NCBI RefSeq assembly: GCF_004010195.1
Contig: NC_057753.1
Coordinates: 1,943,243-2,007,242, forward strand
Reading direction: 5' to 3'
DNA length: 64,000 bases
Origin: Chiloscyllium plagiosum
Taxonomy: Eukaryota
Shown here in pieces: positions 37,700-50,073 of the stretch. Position numbers and translations under genes: made by a program. The notes below the pieces were generated by a model. That model had not been told where the DNA came from and ran no database searches. It saw only the letters and a program-made list of their open reading frames with translations. Positions within the stretch are counted from its first letter, which is position 1; each line of letters opens with the position of its first letter.

Positions 37700-40600
37700 C
37701 TATGTATGTTACCAAATGGACAATTTAGACTCATATAAAAGTATGAATAGAAACGTTAATAAAGGTCCTTCATAATTATTACTGTTCTTGTGACGTTAAA
37801 TGTAAAATACAGAGGCGTGCATTAGTTCAGTGAAGCATTGAAATGGGCACAAGAGTGCAAGAATAAGAACAGGAGTAGGTCACTTAGTCCCTCACTCCTG
37901 CTTCAGCCTTCAGTAATATCGTGCTTGAACGGTACACCGGCATATTTCACTCAATGTGACTGCCTTGGGCCCATATTTCTTTAAGACCTTGCTCAATAAA
38001 AAACATGTGTCTCTCAGATTAAAATTTCACAATTGAAATAACATCGATCACTATTTGATGAAGAGAGCTGCAATCTGCAAATACATTTTACATGTAGACA
38101 GGCTGTCTAAAATCTATCCGGAATAGCCTGGCCATAATTCTTACACTCTGCTACCGAGTTTCAGACATTTTCAATAGTGTATGCCATTGCTATTTGCCTA
38201 CCCTGTCTTTTCCTGTTAATCTCCTGAAAACTTACGTTAACTGTCTAAAGTTTAGGGAATTAAGTTCCTAATTTTTCTAATCTATTCTCAAAACTTAACC
38301 CTTGAAGTTCAGGTATCATCCTTGTGAACCTGAATTGAACGCCCACAAGGGCCAAATCATCCTCCAGAATGTCTGCTGCCCAGATCTGCTCACATTATCC
38401 AAAGTAGTGTCTGACCAGTGTATGCACAACAGCAGCCGAACATCTGCATTCTTATACTGCAGCCCTTGCGATGTGAAAACCTGCATTCTATTCACCCCAT
38501 GACTATTTTCTGCACCATTTCATCACGCTTCGAAGAGATTTTCAGTTGAATCCCATATTTCACTGGGCATTCACATTTAATTTTGTTCCATCTAAACAAA
38601 AATCCTGATCTATGCAAAAGGTAGGAATAAGTGCTATTTAAAGTGAAAGCTAACGCCCACGAAATGTCATTACTCTAAAGAGTTTCAGCGAAGGGTTGAG
38701 GTTATAGCTATCTGTCGCATTTTGTTTCTAATAGTGATTACATCTCAAATGATAGACATTATGTGTGGTGCGTTCAGATATAAACGTTTTTATATAATTG
38801 AAACGTTAATGAGTAATACTGCTCAATAATAAATTTTACAGTGACGGCAACATTGATTACATGGTGTCCAATATATTTTCCTTCATGTTATACTTCTGAG
38901 CTATTGCAGCCTTAGGCTAGAGATTTCACATGCATAAGCAAGGAATTCATTATCTTGTTTGGTTGGCTACCCTTTGGCATGAAAGATGTATGAAAAGAAG
39001 TAAATAATCCCTGTCTCACTTTACAGCCCTTCCACCCTTTGTGGCTTATCCCCTCTCCATTGTATCTCCTGTCTCCCTTTGCATTCACTTTCCCAAAGTT
39101 GTGACTTTCCATTCTCCTCGTCTGCCAACTCTGCTCATATTACATTCCAGTTACCTTTGCATCTTGACTACTTCCAGCCTTCCTGAATATTGCTTCTTCT
39201 TGCTGTTGTTCTAATTGCAGGCGTCTTGTTTCATTTGTTTTTTGCTGATATGCTCGTCAAATATTCTGTCCATTCTTCTACGTTTCTGTTGATTACTTGT
39301 CACCGTGGTTGAATTTCATTGACAGTTTGTGTGGCTTTCAAGGATGAAGTAGCTCACTCCTGGATTGTGCTTTTGCTGTTGCATACCAGCTGTTTTGATA
39401 CGGTGAATTTTTAAAACATACATGTGGATCTGTGGTATTTTAGTTGTCACATTTACATTATAGATGAGTTCTTGCACTTTTGGAATCAAATATTGAAAGT
39501 AAATCGGATGGCTCTCTTATTGGTTGTATCAATTGCAAATTGAACAGAAATGGCTTCCCTCCATAACGTAGTCTTGCTCATGAGGGAAGCATCCATTTGC
39601 GCAGCATACTGTGAAATATTACATGAAGCATCTGCAGATTAATGAAAGGAGTCAGAACCAAAGAAAACCAGAAGTGTTGAAATCCTTACCAAACCTGGCC
39701 AACTGTTCATGAAGTCTTCCTTCAGGTGGCAGTAGATTTGAGCACAAACATTCAAGGAATTCTAAGCGTCATTGAGGCATATTTGCCTGGCGTCATCCAG
39801 ATAGGTGATCCTTGCTCATTTTACATTGTGTTGCGGATATTGCCTTCAGTGAGTTCGAAATTCGTGTTCTTCTTCATCCTTGACGATTAATGATAGTGGT
39901 AATTTTGATGTCAGTATTGCTCAACTGGCCCGAATCAGTGCAAATAAAGTAAAATGAATTTCAGAATTGACCACTGATATACTGAAAAATATTTCTATCT
40001 CAGATAAATTACACTCTGAGCAAGATCAGAGAGAAAGATATTTTAACTTGGTTCAATATTTGAAGGTTTTCCAATCTCAGTTTCATATCCACAGAGATTC
40101 CTGAACAGCAATCTCCCTGGTGACACTGGTGATTTTCGGATAACCTTAGAAATCCCTATACAATTGCAGGTTGACTCGCAATGCACGCTTATCATTCTGT
40201 TATTTGTCTTTTAGCATCCTTATTCAAAACTGCCTCTCTGACTGAACTAGCGGGCCTTGAAGTATCCATTAGGTATTGATTTTGTTTCGGAAAATTAACA
40301 TGCTGCAACTTTGCCTTCTTGAACTCCTTGGACCAGGAATTTGTTGTCTATTATTACAAATTATTCTATTCACATTTGTTGTGGAACCGACCTTGTAAAT
40401 TGCTTGCACTGTAATTGCATGCTACTTCCAGTGAAGGGCATGTCGAACCTTAGTTCTGCTTCATTAAAAAGAAGTATCCAGAAAAGTAACCATTCTTCTC
40501 AAAACAAAATTGTGGTACACGGTTCCTCTGTGCTGTATCGAACATCGTATTCTCGAACAACTTTGCTGATTAATATGACGACATTTTAGTGTTCTCCCTA

Positions 40601-42740
40601 TAATGTTGTACCCATTCTTCAGTACAAATGCCAATCAGATCTAAATCGAATTGTAAATATTGCTATTGAAACATGAACCTAATATTAAATTCTAGAAATT
40701 TGCGAATAGCAGTGGAATTAATGACTTTTACGTATTGTGAAATATATCTGCATTAAAGATGCAGTTATACCCAGTCAATTGCCATTTCTGACTTTACTTG
40801 TTGACTCCAGAATGTTAGCTCATCTAAGCAAGCCAACTTGCACTCGAGCTGACTCAAAACGAACTATTAAGGTCTTGGAAATAAGAAAAGATTAGTCATA
40901 GGAACAATGGGATCAAAAGAGAATTTAATGGAAACAGTAGACATAACGCATGGACCAACTGGTGTGTGGCACGGTGGCTCAGTGATGAGCATTGCTGCCT
41001 CAGAGTGCCAGGAACACGGGGTTGATTCCATTCTCGAGCAGCTGTCTGTGTGAAGTTTGCACATTCTCTCCGCGCCAGTGTGAATATTTTGCTGGGTGCT
41101 CCCGTTTCCTCCAACAGTTCAAAAGTGTGCAGGTGAGTGGTTAAGCCATGAGGAATGCAAGTTTAAAGAGATATTGTAGTGGTCTAGTTGGAATGCTCTT
41201 CGGAGAGTTGATGTGGACATGATGGGCCGGATGGCCTGCTTTCATACTGTAGAATTCTATGACTACAATGAACATTCTGACTCCTCTTTTATGTTTCTGC
41301 TCTGAGAAAAAAATGGGACTTTGAGTGGTAGACCAATTAGATAAGCAGGAAATAAACAGGAATAAGTAAACGATTGGTACAGCTCAAAGTATTCAGATGG
41401 ATACATCCTGCTTTGATAAGTAGAAGCAAGTGTAGAAAATGAGATTCTAGTCACAATTTTTCAATTTTCCTGCAATACTGACGTCGTGACAGATGAATGA
41501 AGAGTTGGATGTATATTATGTCTGAAACTAAAATGAAGGAAACAGACCAAGTAATCATGAGCCAGGCACACAAATGACAGAATTTTGGGTTCTAAGGGAT
41601 GGGGGTGCGGAGGTATAAAAAGCAGGACCACAATATAAATAGTTTTCACTTAGAAAATAATGAGATAATAAATGACAGCCTAAACGGTTTTATTAAACAC
41701 AAAACCTGACAAACATGATTGAGTTCACGAAATTAAACGAATGATGAAGATCGTCCTGTTAATACTATACATGTCTATTAAATAAGATGTTTCATATCAA
41801 CCTTACATATTAGCAAATTTTAAGCCCACTGTATTAACAAGCCTTGGCAGTCACATCGTTGGTACAAAATTAGACAGAAAACAGGAAATGGTAATGAGTA
41901 GATGTGATACAGACTTAAGGGACATATATTCCAGCATCCTATAGGTATTCGGATCACTGTTCTTTTAATATATATTAATCATGCGGTATAATTTCAGATT
42001 TTACAGAAGACACACAAGTTGCAAATGTAGAACTCAGTGAAGAAGAGAACAGCAAACTTCAGAAGTATATTTTGTAGAAAATTGCAGACTTGCAACAAGC
42101 CTGTGATGCGTGGAAATGCATTTTGAAAGTATGAGTGAGAAAAGGTAACTTAAACTAAACGTTGCAGCATACTTACCTTAAATAAAATTACCTTAACACA
42201 AACCGTTTAATTTTTGAGAGAATTGAATCAATTTTTCTTTTATTAATTTGGGTCCTGGGTAGTGTTTTAGAAAATATGTTCAGGTATATAATTCTTTGAA
42301 ATCTGCACGACAGGTCAGTAGGAGGGTTAAGGAGGCATTTACCACCCTTGCCTTCATTATTCAGACCTTTGCATATTGGGGTTGGGGCATCACGTGGAAC
42401 TTGCAAAGAATGTCAGTGAGTCCTCTTCTGGGCTATTGCATGTAGATCTGGTTGCCCTGTTATAGGAAAGGCATTGTGAAACTGGAGAGCGTTTTGAAGA
42501 GGTTTCACAATCTCTTCTCCTCTGGCTGTCTTGCTGAAGCGAAGTTCCATACAAAGAACGGGCGGGAGGTGGTGGGGTGGGGGGAGTAGGGTGGTGTGGT
42601 GTGGGGATTTAACTATAATGGCAGGCTGGTTTGGCTGACACATTTTTCAGTTGAATGGAAGTGGTTGAGAAGTGACCGCATGGAGATTTATAAAATCATG
42701 AGAGACCCAGATAAGGTAAATAGTAGATTTATTTTCCCAA
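37700..42740. repeat. Second copy of the spacer block, lacking the 18428-21810 CR1
   Basis: Colinear with 17915-27900 at the anchors listed there. Confidence 0.8.
40961..41262 (+). mobile_element. V-SINE
   Basis: Head gtggcacggtggctcagtg, V core, and attctatg tail. Confidence 0.8.
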
Positions 42741-42744
42741 GAAG

Positions 42745-43322
42745 CATAGAGTCATAAAGATACACACAGAGAAGCAGAACTTTTGATCCAACTCGTCCAC
42801 ATGACCAGATATCCTATGTAAGTGTAGTCCCATTTTCCAACATTTGGCCCATATGTCTCAAAACAATCTAATTAATATATCCATTCAAATATCTTTTCAG
42901 ATATTGCAATTATACTAGCCTGCATCACTTAACCTGGCAATAACTTCTAAAACTGCACCGCCCGCTGCATGAAACATTTGTCTCTTAGAACTTTTGTGAA
43001 CCTTTCCCCGTCATCTGAAACCTATGCCATCTAGTTTTAGACTCCCGTGCCCTGGCAAAAAGGACCTTAGGGATTTATACTATCCAAATCCCGCCAAATC
43101 AAAAGTCCACCATGATTTCATAAACTGCTATAAGGTCACCGCTCACCGTCCAAGTTCCAAGGAAAATAATCCCAATGTATTAATCCACGCCATCTAACTT
43201 AAACGCTCTAACTCTGGCAACATCCTTGTGATTCTTTTTGGCACCCTTTTAAGTTTAACAATATAATTTTACAAAGCTAGGAGAATTTAATACAGCATTT
43301 CAAGAGTGGCCTAACCAATCCT
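42745..43322 (-). mobile_element. Degenerate CR1 3' fragment
   Basis: catagagtcata tail, then aaacctatgccatctagttttagactccc...ggcaacatccttgtga. Confidence 0.75.
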
Positions 43323-46053
43323 GTTGTTTAGCAGAGCAGATTTAAAGATCTGAATAGTATATCCCAGATCATCTTCTATATATTTATATGCATGGTCATA
43401 TTGAAACTCCCCACTCGGGACAATTGTTAGACTTGTATTAGATCTTTTAAAACAAGGGGGTTAGACTTTTCACTGAACGCTTAAGATCTCTGCTCAGAAA
43501 ATTATTACCAAACCGCCCTTTGTACGGAACTCATCTTCAGCAAGACAGCCAGAGGACAAGTGAGAAAAGCAATGAGTCCATCCTCCTTCAGCGAGGATGA
43601 GCAATAAGTAATAAAACCCTGGGTGATCCGGAGAAACTAGACAGGAGTAGGGAGTACGTGATAAATCTGGTTTAGACTGAAAACTCCAAATAAACCTTCC
43701 CTGTTCCCGTTTTTGCACCCACAGGACTTTTGTTTCTTTGGGATCAGTCCATTTTTTCAGGTACCATCTTTGCTCCATTGGGATCACGGGGCATGCCGAA
43801 TTGTCTTGGTTACTGATCCGTATCTTGTCCTTCTCATCATATTTCACAAAAATGTTTCCAAGCTTCTGGAAATGCTGACCTTGTTAGTCAAGATCCAAGT
43901 GTTTAATATACATCAGGAAAACTTATGAACCTCTGTGAACTCCCGACACAAAGCTCTTCCAATGCAAAAGCTAATTGTTTCTGACGAGTATTTCGTATCA
44001 ATTTTTTTGCTGTAAAGTTTATTTCATTAAGTCCAGTGGTTTGCTTACCAACCCCCGCTGAATCAATTTATTAAATCACGTTGTACATACCTTTCAAATC
44101 AATTGTATTAACATGCTTTTACCTCAACAACAAAAAACATGGAAAATTTTCGGAAATGATTTCCTCGAAATAAAATTTGTACAAGCTTTCTTGAATTAAC
44201 AAATATTTGTTCTAATGACTGTTAACTCTTTAACAAATTACAATTCTAAAGAGTTTCCTGCTATCGACATTAAAATAACCAACCTTTGCTACTGCTGTTA
44301 ATCTTTTATCTATGATTAGTGGAGATTTAATTTTATTTACCAGGAACAGTGATGTAAATGAGTGAAGGAATTTAATTTCAATGAGAACGAAAGGACAACT
44401 GATCAAGAACTCGACAATTGATCAGATTTCACAAGGTATAACCTACCAACCATAAGTATGATAACTGAATTATTAATGAAGATTTGTCAGGCTGTTACTA
44501 TTATCGAATATAAAAACACCGTGAATGTGTAAAATTCGAAAAAGCGAGTAGGAAATTTTCAAGACCCACACTGACGTCGATTGATTCGGTAGAGACATAA
44601 ATTAGCTCACGTCTCAGTCTGTGAGCAAGTAAGAGGAATTGGATTGTGCGGTGCAGTTTGGGGGCGGATGACGGGTGGAAGTGGGAAGAAGAACAAAAGC
44701 GAAACCCTCTTATTGAGTTATTGGTCGGAAAATAAATAAGTCAGGAAAACGTTGTGAAACCAATGGAAGCAGTCAAGGCAGAAAAGGATATGCCTGCATC
44801 AGGCGTGAATAGAAAATTTCAATGCAGAAAAATATAATAGAAAATAAAGTCAGAGAGAAACACCAAACAAGGGACAGAAACCAAATCAACCATTCTTGAA
44901 CTTTGCATCTTGAAGGCTGACAATTGCTTCCGATTAATCCCAGTTCAGATGAATCGTCACAGACCTACAAACTTCACTTAATTCCTCTCCTAGGGTAAAG
45001 CCCAGATGGGGAGTTGACTTCCCTCCCTAGTTGCGCAGAGATTAACGTTGGACTGCCTAATTTTTTGGGTAGCGCTTGTCAAGAACCAATAAACTGCTGG
45101 CTGCTGGTTTGTCAGTTTCTATTGATTCATTATTGGATGGCAGACAAATCGTCAGTCCTGTGCCTGTAAAGGTCGGACATTCACTTGTACCTGCCTTACC
45201 TGCCCTTTTACACGCTGGGGGTGAGCATGTGGGTATGCTATCCAGCTCTGGTTCAGTTATAGATATATTATATCTGTTATCCCTGTCTCTTTCCCCTCTC
45301 CATCTTCTTCCGCTGTTTGCAAGTGCTGTCTGGTTCCCTTCCCTGAAGGACGTCAATGAACAAGTTTAGTTTATCATGAAAACCCCACAACTTTCATGGT
45401 AATTTTGTTCCTCTCAGTGTCAGCTCCACACATTAGCAGAATCATTACCGCGATGTCACAACTAGTTGGTGATTTATGAGATTCTCTGTCACTGATTTTT
45501 TTCTTCTAAGTTAAATCATCTTCACAGGAAATTAGAGGGAATGATTTGCTATCAGGAATTCGGTGCAAATATAATGGCACAGTAGAATCATTGGAATACT
45601 CTGTTTCTTTCACGAAAATGTTGGGATGAATTTGAGGGAGCAAGGCAGAGCCAGCATAGCCTGCAAACTGAGAGTTTTTTTGAGGGATAGTAGAATCCGC
45701 TTTCATGTCATTGAGTGCCACTAAAAAATAGGGAATTGTCATAAAGCACTGGTTGATACTACAGATCATTATACGGTTTTGACGTGGAATTATATGAAGG
45801 ATCGAGGTGGCAAAACCAGCCTTTTGATTTCGTTTTCACTGCGTTTTCCTTCCTGAATCACGTATTTCCCCCTTCATTCCATCTGATTGTACGATCAAGT
45901 GCAGGTGTATGTGCAGAGACTGCTGATCACAATACAAAACATAAAGTAGGATAATTCAAGAGCACAGACTGTTCAAGATGAAATGTGTAATTGTGTATTT
46001 AAAAAGTCTAATAGATTGAACTCAAATAGCAATTTACTGTGATATTGATGTGA

Positions 46054-48601
46054 TCACAATTTAAAACATTTAAACACGAGCATCAGGGGACATTTAACAA
46101 TCTCTTTAACTGCTCCCTGAATTTACTTTGGGTCCATGCATAAATGAATGGGTTGATGCAGGAACTCAAGAGCTGAAGCATAAACCCGCATTCCTCAAGA
46201 ATAACATTTGAATCATTGTAATTTGAACCTGAGAAATAATTAAGGTCCGCAAATTGAACACACAAAAACGTCAGGAGAATCAACAAATAAGACAGGAGGA
46301 AACTGCCAGAGATGGCAAAGAGTAAAACAATGGACTTCTTCCTTTTTTCCATTTCTGGGTCGCTCTGAATCTCCCCATTACACCGTGTCCGGAGTTTCCT
46401 GCGTGTTCTACTAATCAATATAATGTTTTTTGCAGTGAGGATATTGAGCAGCAAAATCAAAATGAATGGAAGACAAGGGTTTAAAGTTATTATTATCCAG
46501 TCAAATACAATCCAATAGGGTGAGGTATAATATATTGATTTGACGCTGCAATACCAAGGTACACTGTTTGTTATAAAGGAAGGCTCATACGCAAAGTACA
46601 AGGGGATGATTCTGATACAGCTCAGAGTGCAGGTAGTTGCGATAACCACAGCGGCGACTCTCTCAGTACAATATTTCACTTTCAGCTTCGGGCAACAAAT
46701 GGCAATGTATCGATCAAAGGTGAAAGTGACAGTTACCCAGACAGAGGAATCTCTGACTCCATAAAGTAACACAAGACTGGCACTGCAGACTGGGGTGATG
46801 GACAGAAATGTCTTTGGGAAATAAATACCCACAATCCGGTTTTTTTCGCAGCTGTGATAATGACCAGGAGATCCGTCATCGCCATGGAAACCAGATAATA
46901 CACAATGCATTTGGAAAGGCCACAACTCTGTCGTGACAGGATAACGATCACTGAAAGGTTTGCTTTGAAAAAGAGATAAAACGAGTGAATACATGATATC
47001 GAAAAATGTATATCGAGCCAAAGAAAGACACAGCAGACATTTGGAAATTCTCAATTTTCTGGAAGCAATTCCAAAGTCAGAAAAGGGTCTACATTTTGTG
47101 CTGAAAATAGTTTCATTCAAGTACAGAAAAAAAACTAACTAACAGCGAACTCCCAGCTGTATATAATAATGACAACAGTCATATGTCCTAAATTGTGACA
47201 TATTATGTTTACGATTCATTTTTAGGAAATTCATTGTATTCTGCTTTTGAGAAATTTATACAGAGGAATAAAAGTAGGCATCGTCTGAAACGTAGATAAA
47301 TTGAAGAAGCAGTAATACTGTATCCACCAAAAAACGACCATAACGAACCAGATGCGATTGAATGCAAAGAAGTCCCCAGAGATTCACATTGACGCAGATA
47401 CCCAGGAAGAGATCACTTATTGAGAAAAAAACAAACTCATTTCTAAACGGAAAGAAACCTGGGATTGCACCTGATAAGTATCTTGAGAGAATGCAACATT
47501 GTTTTGTGAAGACAATAAAACAATACGGTAGATGAAGTCCAATTATGGCACTGTTGACAATGGTGTCTCTTTTGAATACAATGATTTTGGCTTCAAATAC
47601 GACTGCAAAAAACTCAGTAATGACTGAGTACTGCACTGCCCGAGTAGTTACAATTGTTCCAAACCAATAAATTCAAGGTGTGATGAATTAGGATTGAGTA
47701 CAACATCGACTGAACTGTCATCAAACTGCTGTTAATATTGCATCGCAAACAACAAGAACTGAACCATGTTTAAACTAATCAACGTCAGTAGCTGTGCAGA
47801 ACCGAAAAAAAGTGTAAAATTAATTGACAGTTCTAGTGCACAAAGTACAGTCGAAGTGCAATTAAATATTCATTCCAATGAGATGCTTCATGTGCAGTAA
47901 TTCCGTTACGAGCATAGCAATACAACAATTTCGACTTCTGATGATAGCAATCAACCATAAATGGAAGGTGGGGGAATGATACTAATCAAGGAAAGATTGC
48001 ATTAGCAACGTAAAGAAGCAATGCAATTGAAGAGGATAAATGACACTGTAAAGGTGGAGAAAATAAGATAGAAATTAATTGAAAACGTCTTGTTGGTAAA
48101 ATGGAATATTAATGCTCTTCAAAAGAAGATGAGACATTCCAACTCAATGTAGGTTAAGTTGCCATACTCTTACTGAACTGTAAGGCTGCTCTCTCGTCCA
48201 AGGGAGACGACGAGTGATCATTTTAACTGTAGGTCGGTATGCTTCAGATGGTGTAGGAGGTTGAAAAGGAGTTCCCTTCATGGGAACCACAGCCAGTGCA
48301 GGATTTGGACGAAAACCTTCCTTCCATCCAACTGAGCTGACTGACTTCCTGAAAACTATACACCAATAGACAATCCCATTGAATTTGCCAGAGTCGCCGA
48401 ATTGATTATGAAAAAACGATGAGTTCTATGGTAATGCAATATTAAATAGTCAAGGAGATTAAACTGAGATGAGAAAATTAAACAAGATATTAAAAACCAT
48501 ACATAATTAATACCTAACGACGCTCCTTTACCTGGAACCCCTACAGTTGCTAGGATAGGATAGTAAATCTCAAAGACGAGTTCTTTTGACAATCCATGCA
48601 T
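46054..48601 (-). pseudogene. GPR139/142-like GPCR paralog (copy 2) with two -1 frameshifts; exon 1 = 48601-48532, exon 2 starts at 46962
   Basis: Same 70-nt exon 1 (MHGLSKELVFEIYYPILATVGVP), GT donor at 48531 and AG acceptor at 46964-46963. Exon 2 aligns with copy 1 but has 11 nt (GCGAAAAAAAC) where copy 1 has 12 (GTCGTATTAAAC) at ~46839-46849. This gives a ~99-aa product ending at 46733. A second missing base near 46098 moves the stop from 46054 (ancestral VKCPLMLVFKCFKL*) to 46083. Confidence 0.8.
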
Positions 48602-48668
48602 TTCTGTCTCAAGCTGCGATTGCGTTTGGCAATGCAATGCATGATAGTCACATTTGAACGCGATGCCC

Positions 48669-48724
48669 GGCTCCAGGGACACAACTAAGTGCAATGGGTA
48701 TTTGCAATAAGTGCTTTAATTGAA
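48669..48724 (-). promoter_or_regulatory. Conserved upstream motif pair of copy 2 (O/E-like plus TAATTG)
   Basis: ggctccagggaca at 48669-48681 and taattgaa at 48717-48724, at the same distance from the ATG as in copy 1. Confidence 0.35.
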
Positions 48725-50073
48725 CAAGCATACTTGGGATGCCGGTTCGTTTCCAATGTTGATGGAATAGAATTTTTATTCAAAGGCAGTGAGAGTGTTC
48801 TAAAGTAAATACAACGTGGTATGGTCTCCCTGATTTAAATAAAAATGAAATACGAAACTGGCTAATGCAAACGTGTACAACAAAGCTTGCATGACAAACC
48901 TTGTCTGTGAAGAAAAGATACTTTTGGGATGTTTCTGTGTTTCGTCTCCTGATCATTATTCAGACTATGTGATCAGTCATTAGGTTCAAAATGGATTCAA
49001 GTCCCTCTGGAAATGCATAACTACTGTAAAGCAACGGACTGTGCAGGGATTTTGGCTATGTCCATTATATTTCAGGTTGCATTCCTAGGGCCAGTTATTT
49101 ATCACTTTTACTTCAGGTGCAGACTGGACCAAGTGGGAACCATTATATTATGGTCCAACAAGTCAACACGTTTTGATTGAATTCAATTCAACATGAGTAT
49201 GTCCAATTCAGCAGTCATATCAGAGTTGGTTCCTTTCCATCAATCTATTTAGAGAGAAGAAAGCCTGGTCAATGTGATTACATTCAGTATAAACTGGTCC
49301 AGTGCACACTACTACATTCTGTCCACATAGGACCGTGTCAGTATTGTTGTCTTCACTTGGGGATTTGCATGGGGCAGATTGGGGTTAAATCCATTCATTG
49401 CACAGACAGGCACAGGTCCAGCCTCTTATGGTTAAAGTAAATGTAGGCAGGTTCATTCAGTACTCTGCGATTACAAAAGGATGGATCCATGTCTTCCTCA
49501 GGGTGAGTTTCATCAGGGCAGAAACGTGCAGATGAGCACTATTTATCTCACCATAAAAAGAATTGAATTAATAAATTAATGTTATTATCAAACTATCCAA
49601 GTGTATTGTGGTTATTAATACACTGAAAACAGTATTTTGTTAATATTTACATTGTTTTGAAAATTCCCATTCAGCTCTGAGCGCATTTGCAATCAGCGTA
49701 TAGAAATTCACTTCAGGATAGTTTCATTCAATGCAGCCATGATGTGAAAGTGCGGGTATTATTCTGGGATGGACAAATTTAGAAGTCACGCGACACCAAG
49801 TTAGCATCCAACAGATTTATTTGATGCCACAAACTTTAAAAGCGCTGCTCCTTCGTCAGAAAGAAATGTGTTGTCCTGTGAGTTCTAACGTTTAATGAAC
49901 AAAGGATAGAATAAGGATAATTATCTTCATTGTGTCGGATACAAGTCAGCAGCGTGACCTTCAGCTTTTGACAAAAACTATAACACGTTGAGGAGCAGGC
50001 AAGGGGACCGAGATTCGAATGATAAAGCGCAATCTGTAAAATGGCAACGTGTGCATTTTGATTTTCGACTTAA

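Noticed and set aside
46083..47120. 345-aa ORF as an intact single-exon GPCR
   Set aside because: Its first ~90 residues are intron sequence plus the wrong frame of exon 2. The true TM1-TM2 residues are in exon 1 and ORF 46733..46951.
47256..47636. Hydrophobic 126-aa intronic ORF
   Set aside because: No recognisable motif, mostly absent from the copy 1 intron, and its hydrophobicity is expected from a T-rich strand.
48356..48694. 112-aa ORF
   Set aside because: Only the 23 codons of exon 1 are real; the rest is UTR and intron read-through.
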